44,580 bases of DNA from contig JALWUI010000159.1 of the NCBI GenBank assembly GCA_027082775.1, positions 1-44,580 of the forward strand. The letters are read 5' to 3'. The notes beneath the pieces are model-generated. The model was not told the origin of the DNA. It made no database searches and saw nothing but the letters and a program-made list of their open reading frames with translations. The stretch is from Candidatus Kapaibacterium sp. GTDB lineage: Bacteria > Bacteroidota > Ignavibacteria > Kapaibacteriales > WFXC01. Made by a program: the position numbers and the translations under genes. Below are positions 1 through 9,708 of the stretch, piece after piece. The first letter of the stretch is position 1, and the number at the start of each line of letters is the position of its first letter.

Positions 1-282
1 CACTTCGGGACGCCGAATCGCTTCCGACACATCTTCATCGTTGAGAAACGTTCGTTGTTCCCCATTGACCATTGCCAGTCGGACGGTGTATTTCTGAAGA
101 ATCTGACGGGCATGAGCTTCATCGATGGGGAAATGCTCCCGCAGAAACGCTAATGCCAGGGCGCGATACATCGCCCCCGTGTCGATGTACAAATATCCCA
201 ACCGTTGGGCTAACGCTCTCGCCGTTGTACTTTTTCCCGATCCTGCCGGACCATCGATAGCAATGATCAATTTCTTTCCCAT
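1..282 (-). CDS. cmk: Cytidylate kinase (5' part; runs off window)
   Basis: Manual translation from ATG 282 gives [43 protein letters not shown], with P-loop and DTGAMYR motif. Absent from the ORF track because there is no stop in the window. Overlaps the end of the HAD gene. Confidence 0.95.
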   Translation of the reverse strand, partial: MGKKLIIAIDGPAGSGKSTTARALAQRLGYLYIDTGAMYRALALAFLREHFPIDEAHARQILQKYTVRLAMVNGEQRTFLNDEDVSEAIRRPEV

Positions 283-971
283 AGCGCTTCGACCAGTTGT
301 TGCACACGTTGGCTATTCTCAAGGGAATCCAGCAAAGCATCAGGAGCACTCGCCCTCAGCCGCTGTCGAGGAACCGGACCGGTAGCAACTGCAATGACTG
401 GCATTCCTGCCTGGCGTGCCGCCGCAACATCATTCGGTGAGTCTCCGACCAGCACAAAGGGAATTTTCTGGCCATACCGCGCCTGCAACCGTTGTGCAAA
501 GAGCTGAACCAACCGTGTCCGTTCCGGCGACTCATCTCCATAAGCTCCAAGCTCCACGAATCGGTCCAGAGCAAACAGGGACAATTTCCACCTTGCTACT
601 GGCTGAATATTCCCCGTCACCACCCCAATGCCAATTTCCTGCGCGCGGAGCCTTGCAAAGAGTTCCCGCACACCGGGCAACAGTTGAAACTCTTCGCTGC
701 CATAACGCCGTATCTGACGGGCAAAGTGCCGAAAAAAGGCAGGGCGCTGCTGCTCGCCCACTTGAGCATCTATCTCTGCGATTGCCAGAAGTTCACGGAA
801 CAATTGCCAATCTGTTTTCCCTGCCGCCTGCGGATAACGCGCTTCCGGTATCCGAACCTGAAAGAGCTCCTCAAAAACTTCCACCATTACTCGTAACCCT
901 TTGCCGAAATGCCAGCGCAACAACGTACCATCAATATCAAACGCAACGTATCCCCGCGGCAGAGCAACCAT
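267..971 (-). CDS. HAD-superfamily hydrolase (phosphoglycolate phosphatase-like)
   Basis: Motif I FDIDGTL, motif II VVTGN, motif IV VGDSPND. Confidence 0.88.
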   Translation of the reverse strand: MVALPRGYVAFDIDGTLLRWHFGKGLRVMVEVFEELFQVRIPEARYPQAAGKTDWQLFRELLAIAEIDAQVGEQQRPAFFRHFARQIRRYGSEEFQLLPGVRELFARLRAQEIGIGVVTGNIQPVARWKLSLFALDRFVELGAYGDESPERTRLVQLFAQRLQARYGQKIPFVLVGDSPNDVAAARQAGMPVIAVATGPVPRQRLRASAPDALLDSLENSQRVQQLVEALWERN

Positions 972-2069
972 TTACGAAACATTGAAGCGGATGTACAAAA
1001 TATCCCCATCCTGAACGCGGTAATCCTTCCCTTCAATCCGGTATCGCCCGGCTTCCCTGACCGCCTGCTCCGAGCCCAGTGCCTCCAAATCCGCAAAATG
1101 CATCACTTCGGCTCGAATAAATCCTCGTTCAAAGTCCGAATGAATCTTCCCGGCTGCCTCTGGCGCCGTTGCCCCACGGCGAACGGTCCACGCCCGAACT
1201 TCCCGGGGACCAACGGTAAAAAAGGTAATCAACCCCAGCAACTCATACGCTTTCCGAATCACCCGATGCAATGCAGGTTCTGTTATGCCAAATTCCCGGA
1301 GAAATTCCTGCCGCTCTTCATCCGAAAGCTGTGCCAACTCTGCTTCCAGAGCCGCACAAATGGTGACAACTTCTGCCTGCCGCTGCTCTGCCCACCGCTG
1401 CACCTGCTCAATCCATTGATTACTCTGCCGAAATCCTTCTTCATCGGTGTTCGCAACATACAGAATGGGCTTATCGGTCAGCAAAAAGTACTGTCGCATC
1501 CAGCGCGCTTCTGCTTCACTTCGATCAAAACTCCGGGCAAGATGTCCCTCAGACAAATGGGCAATCAACCGCTCGAGCAATGCAAATTCCTCCTTCGCAT
1601 CTTTTTCCTGCGCCCGCATCCGCTTTATCACTATTTCTTTCCGCCGCTCCAGCGTCTCCAGATCTTTCAGCAATAATTCGGTCTCCACAATCTGAATATC
1701 CCGAAGCGGATCGACTTTCTCATAGACGTGCGTAATATCGGTCGAATCAAAGCACCGCACCACGTGGAGGATTGCATCGACCTCTCGAATGTGGCTCAGA
1801 AATTGATTTCCCAAACCTTCTCCCTGCGAAGCTCCCCTGACCAGTCCCGCAATATCCACAAACTCAATGGTTGTCGGCGTTACTTTCTGCGGCTGGTACA
1901 ACTGCGCCAGCCACGTCAGCCGGGGATCAGGTACAGGAACCACGCCCACGTTGGGATCAATGGTGCAAAAAGGATAATTCGCCGCTTCTGCGGTCGTCCG
2001 GGTCAAAGCAGTAAAAATCGTTGATTTCCCCACGTTCGGCAATCCAACGATTCCTACCTGTAAAGGCAT
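972..2069 (-). CDS. ychF: Ribosome-binding ATPase YchF
   Basis: [43 protein letters not shown]-terminal TGS-like region [11 protein letters not shown]. Start taken at MPLQ. Confidence 0.97.
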   Translation of the reverse strand: MPLQVGIVGLPNVGKSTIFTALTRTTAEAANYPFCTIDPNVGVVPVPDPRLTWLAQLYQPQKVTPTTIEFVDIAGLVRGASQGEGLGNQFLSHIREVDAILHVVRCFDSTDITHVYEKVDPLRDIQIVETELLLKDLETLERRKEIVIKRMRAQEKDAKEEFALLERLIAHLSEGHLARSFDRSEAEARWMRQYFLLTDKPILYVANTDEEGFRQSNQWIEQVQRWAEQRQAEVVTICAALEAELAQLSDEERQEFLREFGITEPALHRVIRKAYELLGLITFFTVGPREVRAWTVRRGATAPEAAGKIHSDFERGFIRAEVMHFADLEALGSEQAVREAGRYRIEGKDYRVQDGDILYIRFNVS

Positions 2070-2207
2070 TTTTCTTGTCTGCTGCATCCGTGCCACATAA
2101 AACCGCTGTGGAGACGTGAGCTCTTAAAAAACCGTGTATACACACTGGCTCATTACCTGCGCTGAAATTATTATTTTGCAATTCTGTTGGCTCGGGGGAA
2201 GGACACA

Positions 2208-2855
2208 ATGCCTGTCGAAGCCCTCAGATACAGGGTCGTAGCAGCCGATGATCATTCTCTGATCCGTGCCGGCATCCGCTCTGTCTTGGATTCCCTCCAC
2301 AATTTCACACTGGTGGCTGAAGCCAGTTCCTGGGATGAGGTGTTCCGTCTCTTACAAACGCAACCGGTGGACATTTTAATTGCGGATCTTTCAATGCCGG
2401 GTCCGGGGGGCATAGAGACCATCAAGCAATTGAAGGAACAATTCCCTAACCTGAAGATTCTGGTTTTGTCAATGCACCCAGAACACATCTACGCTGTCCG
2501 CTGCCTCCGAGCAGGGGCATCCGGGTACCTCAACAAAGAGGAAGACCTGGACCAACTCCAGCAAGCACTGCAAACGATCGCCTCCAACCAGCCATTTCTT
2601 ACCCCTAAGGTACAGCAATTGCTTCTGGATGCCTCCCAAACCACCGAACCGCACCATAACCTCTCAGATCGCGAGTTTGAAATTCTTCTCCAATTGGCAC
2701 AAGGGAAAACAACTGGAGAAATCGCCGAAAGCACCCAGCTCAGCGTCAAAACGATTTCCACCTACCGACGTCGCATCCTGGACAAATTGGGACTGCAAAC
2801 AAATGCCGACATTATCAAATACGCCCGTGCCCACAGGCTTACCTCAGAATTCTGA
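2208..2855 (+). CDS. NarL/FixJ-family response regulator (REC + LuxR HTH), orphan
   Basis: ADDH, DLSMPG phospho-acceptor, GASGYLNK, LSDREFEIL...LSVKTISTYR. Confidence 0.93.
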   Translation: MPVEALRYRVVAADDHSLIRAGIRSVLDSLHNFTLVAEASSWDEVFRLLQTQPVDILIADLSMPGPGGIETIKQLKEQFPNLKILVLSMHPEHIYAVRCLRAGASGYLNKEEDLDQLQQALQTIASNQPFLTPKVQQLLLDASQTTEPHHNLSDREFEILLQLAQGKTTGEIAESTQLSVKTISTYRRRILDKLGLQTNADIIKYARAHRLTSEF

Positions 2856-2972
2856 ACAAACTCTGTGGATTCCAGCACTTCCTTAGAACCGCAGCGTTTC
2901 AGGAGCACGCTATCGGGAAGTCAAGTCCCGGCAAAGAAAAGAGCGAAAGGATAAGTTTACCGACCATCACGT

Positions 2973-3146
2973 TTAAGGCGGAGAAATGAGGAAAAGCACC
3001 GCAATGATGACAAGCAGAACAATTATTGCCACACTGGCTTTGATCACGCGGCGGAGAACGGAAAATGCCACACCGAAGAGAACCAGTACTACGATCACAA
3101 GGTAAAATGGTGGCAACGAAAAGAGAAAATCAATCCACTGCTGCAC
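2973..3146 (-). CDS. Small 57-aa membrane protein with two TM helices
   Basis: GGAG RBS and GTG start; MQQWIDFLFSLPPFYLVIVVLVLFGVAFSVLRRVIKASVAIIVLLVIIAVLFLISPP. Below the ORF-track length cutoff. Confidence 0.65.
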   Translation of the reverse strand: MQQWIDFLFSLPPFYLVIVVLVLFGVAFSVLRRVIKASVAIIVLLVIIAVLFLISPP

Positions 3147-3174
3147 TTTTACGCTCCTGAACCACTGCGATCCA

Positions 3175-3200
3175 TAAAAAAAGCCCCTTTAACGGGGCTT
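3175..3200 (-). terminator. Intrinsic terminator after tRNA-fMet
   Basis: Minus strand AAGCCCC-GTTAAA-GGGGCTT followed by a T run. Confidence 0.8.
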
Positions 3201-3205
3201 GCTTG

Positions 3206-3278
<73 letters not shown>

Positions 3279-3359
3279 ATATGCTTGCTCTTCGCCGGGT
3301 TTTGACGAAATTTGCAGTTTGCTTATTGTAGCTGTCAGAACAACTGAAGGTTTGCTGCT

Positions 3360-5786
3360 ATGCAGGTATCCCTTCAATGGTTGCGAGAATTTGTCGAGAT
3401 CCAGGAATCACCCGATGTTCTTGCCGACGTGCTCACCAATCTGGGACTGGAAGTGGAAGAGTGGCATCATTTCGGAGAAGAATACGAGGGGTTTCTGATA
3501 GGAACAATCCGCGACATCACGCCGCATCCCGAAAAGCCGAATTTGCAGGTATGTCGCATCGATCTTGGCGATCGCCAGATCACCGTCGTTTCTGGAGCGC
3601 CGAATCTTTCCGCTGGGAGTAAAGTCGTTGTAGCGTTGCCCGGAACAACTTTGCCGGGAACAGGGGAAACGATTGAATCCAGATCGTTTGGCGAAATCGT
3701 ATCGGAGGGGATGATCTGTAGTCGCTACGAACTGGGATTGGGCGATAGCGAAGAAGATCGGTCAACAATCTGGATTTTGCCCGACGATGCACCGGTTGGA
3801 AGCACGCTTCGAACATACCTTCAGTGGGAGGACACCGTCCTTTCAGTCGCTTTGACACCGAACCGAGCAGATTGTCTCAGCCACATCGGCATTGCTCGAG
3901 AAATTGCTGCTTATTACCAGCGTCCGCTGCAACAGCCATCGGTGGTTGTCAACGAACAACCACCTTCCACAAAAGAAGCCATCCGCATTGAGATTCAGGA
4001 TCCGGAGTTATGTCCCCGGTATGCCGGGAGATTGATCCGGAACGTTACCATCGGTCCCTCTCCTCTGTGGCTCCAGCAACGGTTGTTAGCGGTTGGTCTA
4101 CGTCCCCGCAATGTGGTTGTCGATGTCACCAATTACGTTCTAATGGAGCTGGGGCATCCACTTCACGCCTTTGATTACGACAAATTAGCCGGTCCGGCAA
4201 TCATCGTCCGGCCCGCTGAACGGGAAGAACCTTTTGTGACCTTGGACGGGAAAACCCGCTTGCTGCAACCCGGAATGTTGCTGATTTGCGACGCGGAGAA
4301 ACCAGTCGCAATTGCAGGGGTAATGGGAGGAGCAAATTCCGAGATCACGGAACAAACAACCAACGTATTCCTGGAATCCGCCTATTTTCACCCCTCCTCC
4401 ATCCGCCGTACAGCAAAGCAATTGGGACTCAGCACGGAAGCTTCTTATCGCTTCGAGCGTGGAACGGACATCGAAAATGTCCCCAGAGCGCTGGACCGGG
4501 CTGCTGCTCTCATTGCAACCCTGACTGGGGGTACGGTAGCCTCGGATATCTACGACGTTTACCCTTCTCCGCCAATTCCGAAACAGATTCGCCTCCGCTA
4601 CCAGCGGGTTCGTCGGATTCTGGGCGCAGCCATTGACCCGGACACTATCGACCAGATCTTACAACGCCTCTCCTTTACGCCGCTCCACAAAGATCCGGAA
4701 GGGATTGTTGTTGGCGTTCCCAGCTTCCGCGTCGACATCGACGAAGAAATCGATCTCATCGAAGAAATAGCACGTCTCTGGGGGTATGACGCCATTGAGC
4801 CTCAAACCACCTCGAAATTACTCTACACTGCCCCAAAGCTTCCGCCTTCGCTTTTGCCGCTACCGGACAAACTGCCGTTAGCCCAGCACCTGATTCATTC
4901 AGGGTTTACGGAAACAGTGAACCCTCATATGATCGACCCATCGACTGCCAGCCGCTTTACGGATGCGGTGGTTCGCATTGCTAATCCCTTAGGAGAAGAA
5001 CTTTCTGCTCTGCGCCCCTCCCTGATCCCATCGATCATCCGCGTTATCGATCGCAACATCCGGGTACAACGGACAGATCTCCGAATCTTTGAAATTGGAA
5101 AAATTTTCCTGAAAGTGAACTCCGAGCAAAGCTTCATTCCGGGATACACGGAAAAAGAACACCTGATTTTCGCCCTGACGGGACACCATTACCCGAAACA
5201 CTGGGGAGTCAAGCGTCGTCCTTACGACTTTTTTGACGCTAAAGGGATGCTGGAACATCTCATCAAGTTGCTCCATTTAGCCGATGTCCAGCTTCGTCCC
5301 TTTGTAGATCTCCCGTTCTACTACACCGGCAACGCTTTGCAAGCGGTATGGAACGACGAGGAAATTGGATCGGTGGGAGAGCTACATCCGGACTTGCTGC
5401 GCCGCACGGAAATCCAGCAGCCTGTGTTCACTGGGCTGCTCTATTTAGACAAAATCGCTGCCATTCCCCGGCGACAGCCGCGCTACACCCCGGTTTCCGC
5501 TTTCCCAACAGTGGAACGCGATCTGGCGTTTATCGTGGATGCCGCCATCCCTGCCGGAGATATTGAAGCGGTCATCCGCCAGAGCGCCGGTCCCTTTCTG
5601 AAGCACCTCACCATCTTTGACGTTTTCACCAATCCTAAGGTGCTCGGTGAAGGCAAAAAGAGCATTGCCTTCACGCTCCAGTTCAATGCGCCAGACCATA
5701 CGCTCACGGATGAAGAAGTCCAGCAGTTCATCGATCAGATCATCGCTGCTGTTCAGGAAAAATTCAATGCGCAATTGCGCGCTTAA
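3360..5786 (+). CDS. pheT: Phenylalanyl-tRNA synthetase beta subunit
   Basis: 808 aa; SEGMICS, LTPNRADCLS, GHPLHAFD, TEASYRFERG, C-terminal anticodon-binding domain FPTVERDLAF. Confidence 0.98.
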   Translation: MQVSLQWLREFVEIQESPDVLADVLTNLGLEVEEWHHFGEEYEGFLIGTIRDITPHPEKPNLQVCRIDLGDRQITVVSGAPNLSAGSKVVVALPGTTLPGTGETIESRSFGEIVSEGMICSRYELGLGDSEEDRSTIWILPDDAPVGSTLRTYLQWEDTVLSVALTPNRADCLSHIGIAREIAAYYQRPLQQPSVVVNEQPPSTKEAIRIEIQDPELCPRYAGRLIRNVTIGPSPLWLQQRLLAVGLRPRNVVVDVTNYVLMELGHPLHAFDYDKLAGPAIIVRPAEREEPFVTLDGKTRLLQPGMLLICDAEKPVAIAGVMGGANSEITEQTTNVFLESAYFHPSSIRRTAKQLGLSTEASYRFERGTDIENVPRALDRAAALIATLTGGTVASDIYDVYPSPPIPKQIRLRYQRVRRILGAAIDPDTIDQILQRLSFTPLHKDPEGIVVGVPSFRVDIDEEIDLIEEIARLWGYDAIEPQTTSKLLYTAPKLPPSLLPLPDKLPLAQHLIHSGFTETVNPHMIDPSTASRFTDAVVRIANPLGEELSALRPSLIPSIIRVIDRNIRVQRTDLRIFEIGKIFLKVNSEQSFIPGYTEKEHLIFALTGHHYPKHWGVKRRPYDFFDAKGMLEHLIKLLHLADVQLRPFVDLPFYYTGNALQAVWNDEEIGSVGELHPDLLRRTEIQQPVFTGLLYLDKIAAIPRRQPRYTPVSAFPTVERDLAFIVDAAIPAGDIEAVIRQSAGPFLKHLTIFDVFTNPKVLGEGKKSIAFTLQFNAPDHTLTDEEVQQFIDQIIAAVQEKFNAQLRA

Positions 5787-6142
5787 CGGCGGGATACTCC
5801 CAATAGAGAACAACGTTCTGGAACAACGAATCGTTGCTTTTCAGCTCCCTTTGTCATCTCAGCATACAAGTAAAATCGTACCGGCTCCTGTTAACGACCA
5901 GCGTGCCTGCTGCTTTGTTTACCCTCTGCCTGTTTTTATCCAGACACCACTCCTTCGTTTTCCCGCTGGACCGTACTGAAACCTTTAGTGATCAAAGCAA
6001 CTTTGAGCTCCGGTGCAAGAAGCTTACCTCATGCAAGAAACTCACCTCAACTGTGTAACAGCCATTCACCTGTGTGAAGATCCCGCAGAGTTTCGTAATT
6101 TGCAATTTGCTTAGGAAACTGTCGAACAAAGTGCTACAAAAA

Positions 6143-6625
6143 ATGATCCGCATTCAGCGCATCTTAGTTCCCATTGACTTCTCCGAACATTCGCAATACG
6201 CTCTGCAATATGCAGCGGAAATTGCTCAACAACTGGGTGCAAAGTTAACACTGCTTCACATTGTAGAACCTATCGCTTATCCAGCAGATTGGGGATTTTC
6301 ACAGGTCGGATTGGTAGATCTGGAAAAAGAGCTGATCGACACGGCAACCAGCGAGTTAGAAAAAATCACGCAGGAACTACGCGCCAAAGGCATACAGGTA
6401 GACTTCGAGGTGCACAGCGGGGCACGAGCATCGGACGAGATCGTGCAGTTTGCCAAGGAACACAATGTGGATATCATCAGCATTGGAACGCACGGCAGAA
6501 GCGGATTAGAACACTTTCTGTTTGGAAGCACTACCGAGCGTGTGCTGCGGAAAGCGCCGTGTCCGGTCTTAGCCGTTCGACTGCCGGAATACTTAAACAA
6601 AGAAAACGCTGGCGAATCGGAGTGA
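6143..6625 (+). CDS. Universal stress protein (Usp)
   Basis: ILVPIDFSEHS, IGTHGRSGLEHFLFGSTTERVLRKAPCPVL. Confidence 0.95.
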   Translation: MIRIQRILVPIDFSEHSQYALQYAAEIAQQLGAKLTLLHIVEPIAYPADWGFSQVGLVDLEKELIDTATSELEKITQELRAKGIQVDFEVHSGARASDEIVQFAKEHNVDIISIGTHGRSGLEHFLFGSTTERVLRKAPCPVLAVRLPEYLNKENAGESE

Positions 6626-6657
6626 GTCAAACAAAGCATTCCAGACAGGAGATGGCA

Positions 6658-7689
6658 ATGAAAGTTCGGAAGCTGGTAACGATCGAACGACACATTGCAG
6701 AAAATCAGGCACTGTCTCCAGAAGCCAGCGGGGAATTCTCCCGCCTGCTGCGTGATCTTACCTTAGCAATCCGGATCATCGCCCGAGAAGTTCGGCGCGC
6801 CGGGCTGGCGGATATCCTGGGAATCACCGAAGCCACGAACGTTTCCGGGGATGTCGTCCGCAAACTGGACGTCTTTGCTCACGACACGATCGTCCGCGCA
6901 ATGGACCACGGCGGTCATCTCTGCATTATGGCATCGGAAGAAGCGGAAGAGCTGATTCGCATCCCTGAGCAGTACGAACGCGGTAAGTATGTGCTCATTT
7001 TCGATCCGCTGGATGGATCCTCCAACATCGACGTGAACGTGACGATCGGCACCATTTTCTCTGTCTACCGGCGAGTCTCTGACAGCGGCGATGGCACGCT
7101 GGAAGATGTCCTGCAACCGGGGTACAAACAGGTTGCAGCAGGGTACGCCTGCTATGGAAGCAGCACGGTGTTGGTCTACACCACAGGCAACGGGGTGGAC
7201 ATTTTCACCTACGATCCCACCGTCGGTGAATTTTTCCTCACGCACGAAAAAGTCCAAATCCCGAAGCGGGGCAAGTATTACAGCATCAACGAAGGCAACG
7301 CCGCATATTGGTCCCCGCAACTTCAGCGATATGTGCAGTATCTGAAAACGCCGTCGGAAGACAAGCAGCGTCCCTACAAACTCCGCTATGTTGGAACGGC
7401 TGTCGCAGATGTTCACCGAACCTTGTTGTACGGCGGGATTTTTATGTATCCGGGTGATAAAAAGAGTCCAAAGGGTAAACTTCGCCTCATTTACGAAGCC
7501 AATCCAATTGCAATGCTGATCGAGCAGGCGGGAGGACGGGCGACGGACGGAGAACATCGCATCCTGGAGATCCAGCCGACAGAGGTGCATCAACGAACAC
7601 CCCTGTTCGTCGGCAGCCCGGAAGATGTGCTGGAAGCAGAAGCATTTCTGCGCGGTGAGCAACAACCCGTTGCGACCGTAGCCTCGTAG
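6658..7689 (+). CDS. fbp: Class 1 fructose-1,6-bisphosphatase
   Basis: SEE, FDPLDGSSNIDVN, RYVGTAVADVHRTL, GKLRLIYEANP. AGGAG RBS upstream. Confidence 0.96.
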   Translation: MKVRKLVTIERHIAENQALSPEASGEFSRLLRDLTLAIRIIAREVRRAGLADILGITEATNVSGDVVRKLDVFAHDTIVRAMDHGGHLCIMASEEAEELIRIPEQYERGKYVLIFDPLDGSSNIDVNVTIGTIFSVYRRVSDSGDGTLEDVLQPGYKQVAAGYACYGSSTVLVYTTGNGVDIFTYDPTVGEFFLTHEKVQIPKRGKYYSINEGNAAYWSPQLQRYVQYLKTPSEDKQRPYKLRYVGTAVADVHRTLLYGGIFMYPGDKKSPKGKLRLIYEANPIAMLIEQAGGRATDGEHRILEIQPTEVHQRTPLFVGSPEDVLEAEAFLRGEQQPVATVAS

Positions 7690-7707
7690 ATCAAAGCGGT
7701 GTGGAGA

Positions 7708-8454
7708 ATGCCAGACAGTCGAAAACATCGTGGCAAGCATCCCTCGGACGACAAATTGTTTGCGCCAGACCAGCACAGCACGCTGCGGAACGCCGTCTAT
7801 GATCTCTCGTACCTTCTGACCCGCGGCTTCAGCGAAACGGCTGCTCTGAAAACAGTCGGCGATCGTTACCGACTAACGCAGCGGCAACGGCTGGCGGTCC
7901 AGCGCGCCAGTTGTCCCCAGCAGGCATTGAATCAACGGCTGCATTCGCAACTGGATCTGGAGGATCTGGCGGGGCAAACCATCGCAATTGATGGGTACAA
8001 CCAGCTCATTGCTTTAGAAAGCGCGCTGGGCAATGCGTATCTGTTCATCGGGCGAGATGGCTGCTACCGGGACCTTGCCAGCTTACACGGTACGTATCGC
8101 AAAGTGGAAGAAACCATCCCTGCTTTGCAGCTTTTAGGCACAACCTTAAATCAACTTCAGATCCAGCGTGCCATTATCTACCTGGATGCTCCGGTATCCA
8201 ACAGCCGCCGCCTGCAATCGCTGATGATGGAGCTGGCAAAAGAAAACCAATGGAACTGGCAGGTAGAAGTCCAGTTGCAGCCCGATCCACTGCTGGCACG
8301 TGCGCCGTACCCAGTGATCACGACCGATAGCTGGATTCTGGATCGGTGCCATCAATGGGCAAATTTGTTCCCAACGGTGCTCCTGATGGCGCAGCTTTCG
8401 CCGCCCATTGTAGATCTGCAAATTCGACAGGTCTGCGCCGCTGAACCATTTTAA
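7708..8454 (+). CDS. DUF434-family protein with PIN/NYN-like acidic motifs
   Basis: DLSYLLTRGF...VGDRYRL, IDGYN, GRDGCYRDLAS, YLDAPVSNS, VITTDSWI. Family recalled from motifs, not searched. Confidence 0.75.
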   Translation: MPDSRKHRGKHPSDDKLFAPDQHSTLRNAVYDLSYLLTRGFSETAALKTVGDRYRLTQRQRLAVQRASCPQQALNQRLHSQLDLEDLAGQTIAIDGYNQLIALESALGNAYLFIGRDGCYRDLASLHGTYRKVEETIPALQLLGTTLNQLQIQRAIIYLDAPVSNSRRLQSLMMELAKENQWNWQVEVQLQPDPLLARAPYPVITTDSWILDRCHQWANLFPTVLLMAQLSPPIVDLQIRQVCAAEPF

Positions 8455-8461
8455 ATTTGCA

Positions 8462-9208
8462 ATGTCTCCACAGCTTCAGCAACGGCTGGAATCTATCCGC
8501 ACCAATACAACTGCCGGGAGCCGACAGTTGGTACTTTTTGCCCTCGATGCACTGGCAGAATGCCGGTTTTCTTCTGAAGCTCTTTCCCATTTTCTGACCC
8601 AACTCCGGTGGATCCGTCCTGCAATGGCAGCATTTCGCACGATCAGTCGTTTCCTCTCCGATCAACTCCAGCACATCTCCTGTCCAACTGCTGTCGAGAA
8701 AACCAGAGCGCTCATACAACGCAGTTCCCGTGAAACGATCCAGACCGCTTTACAGCAGCTTCCGCATCACGGCACCGTTGCCACCATCAGTTACAGCTCC
8801 CTCATTGAACAAATTCTGGTCGAAGGAATCCACGAAGGAAAACAGTGGAACATCTACTGCTTCCGTTCCGGCACTCCTGCTTATGGCGAATTTTTCCAGC
8901 AACGACTCCATCGGGCTGGCATTCCCGCCACCGTACTTCCAGATGCTGTGCCATCGCACCCCATCGATTTTGTTCTGATCGGTGCTGACACAGTCTCCCC
9001 GTCCTATGGACTTATCAACGGACACCCCAGCTATTCGCTCTGCGCTCTACTCTTCTACCAGATTCCCATTTATTGCTGCGCCGAGTCTTTTAAATATGAC
9101 GCATCGCTTGTACTGGAACCCGGCTTCGACTTTCTTCCTGCTTCCTTCGGTATTCACCAAATTTCCGACTCCGTCTGGATCGATTCTTTAGCAGAACATC
9201 GCTCATAA
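8462..9208 (+). CDS. eIF-2B alpha/beta/delta-like (IF-2B family) protein
   Basis: RPAMA, TISYSSLI, VLIGADTV, IYCCAESFK motifs of the eIF2B / ribose-bisphosphate isomerase fold. Confidence 0.7.
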   Translation: MSPQLQQRLESIRTNTTAGSRQLVLFALDALAECRFSSEALSHFLTQLRWIRPAMAAFRTISRFLSDQLQHISCPTAVEKTRALIQRSSRETIQTALQQLPHHGTVATISYSSLIEQILVEGIHEGKQWNIYCFRSGTPAYGEFFQQRLHRAGIPATVLPDAVPSHPIDFVLIGADTVSPSYGLINGHPSYSLCALLFYQIPIYCCAESFKYDASLVLEPGFDFLPASFGIHQISDSVWIDSLAEHRS

Positions 9209-9359
9209 AGAGCCGTGTTTCCGGACATCGGGCTCCATTCAGCTCTTTTCTTAACATAACGGACAGCCAACTCGCTCCGACCTCCCCTTAAAAGATTTTT
9301 CCTGCAAATTCTTCCTTAGTTTTCCAGGTCAGCGGTTATGTTAAACAAACCTCTTCCCG

Positions 9360-9582
9360 TTTTCCACAATCATCCACAAATCGAGTGTTTCTGAACTGTG
9401 GAAATCCGTGGAAAACTTACCACTTTGTCCACACTTTTACTGTGGAAAACTTGTTTATCCACAACGCTGTGGATAACTCCGCACTTTTCCACATCATTTT
9501 CCACATACGACCAGTGTTCGCTCTCCCCTTGATTCCGTAGGAACGAGCACTTCTTCCATCCCGGCTTTTCCACTTTTCCACA
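9360..9582. other. Candidate oriC: DnaA-box cluster
   Basis: Perfect boxes TTATCCACA 9455-9463 and TGTGGATAA 9468-9476. Near matches start at 9360, 9370, 9397, 9407, 9425, 9441, 9485, 9497, 9566 and 9574, all within a 500-bp intergenic region. Confidence 0.85.
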
Positions 9583-9708
9583 TCTCCTGAAACTACAACC
9601 AGAGAAGAGAAAGCTCAATTCCTGTAACGGAAAATGAAGAGCAACCGCTTCTCTCACGGGTTTTCCCTATATTCGCAACATTGTAGAACAAAGTGGAGCA
9701 AACAGAAA

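Noticed and set aside
3203-3205. tRNA pseudogene because CCA is missing
   Set aside because: CCA is commonly added post-transcriptionally and the cloverleaf is intact.
5787-6010. 6S RNA or other ncRNA after pheT
   Set aside because: No long self-complementary rod or recognisable motif by eye; an Rfam search would be needed.
6289-6657. N-terminal extension of Fbp shown in the ORF track
   Set aside because: It overlaps usp; the RBS supports a start at 6658 (or 6652).
6763-7776. Long antisense ORFs (also 909-1676, 18244-19134, 27728-28759, 30843-32105)
   Set aside because: These are shadow frames of well-supported genes and carry no motifs.
9319-9346. Complete dif site
   Set aside because: Only the XerD-like arm matches; the 11 bp at the XerC position (GTTTTCCAGGT) do not, and the context is origin-like.
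9370-9657. 95-aa ORF over the DnaA boxes
   Set aside because: Its VDK/VEN/FHS repeats are simply translated DnaA boxes.
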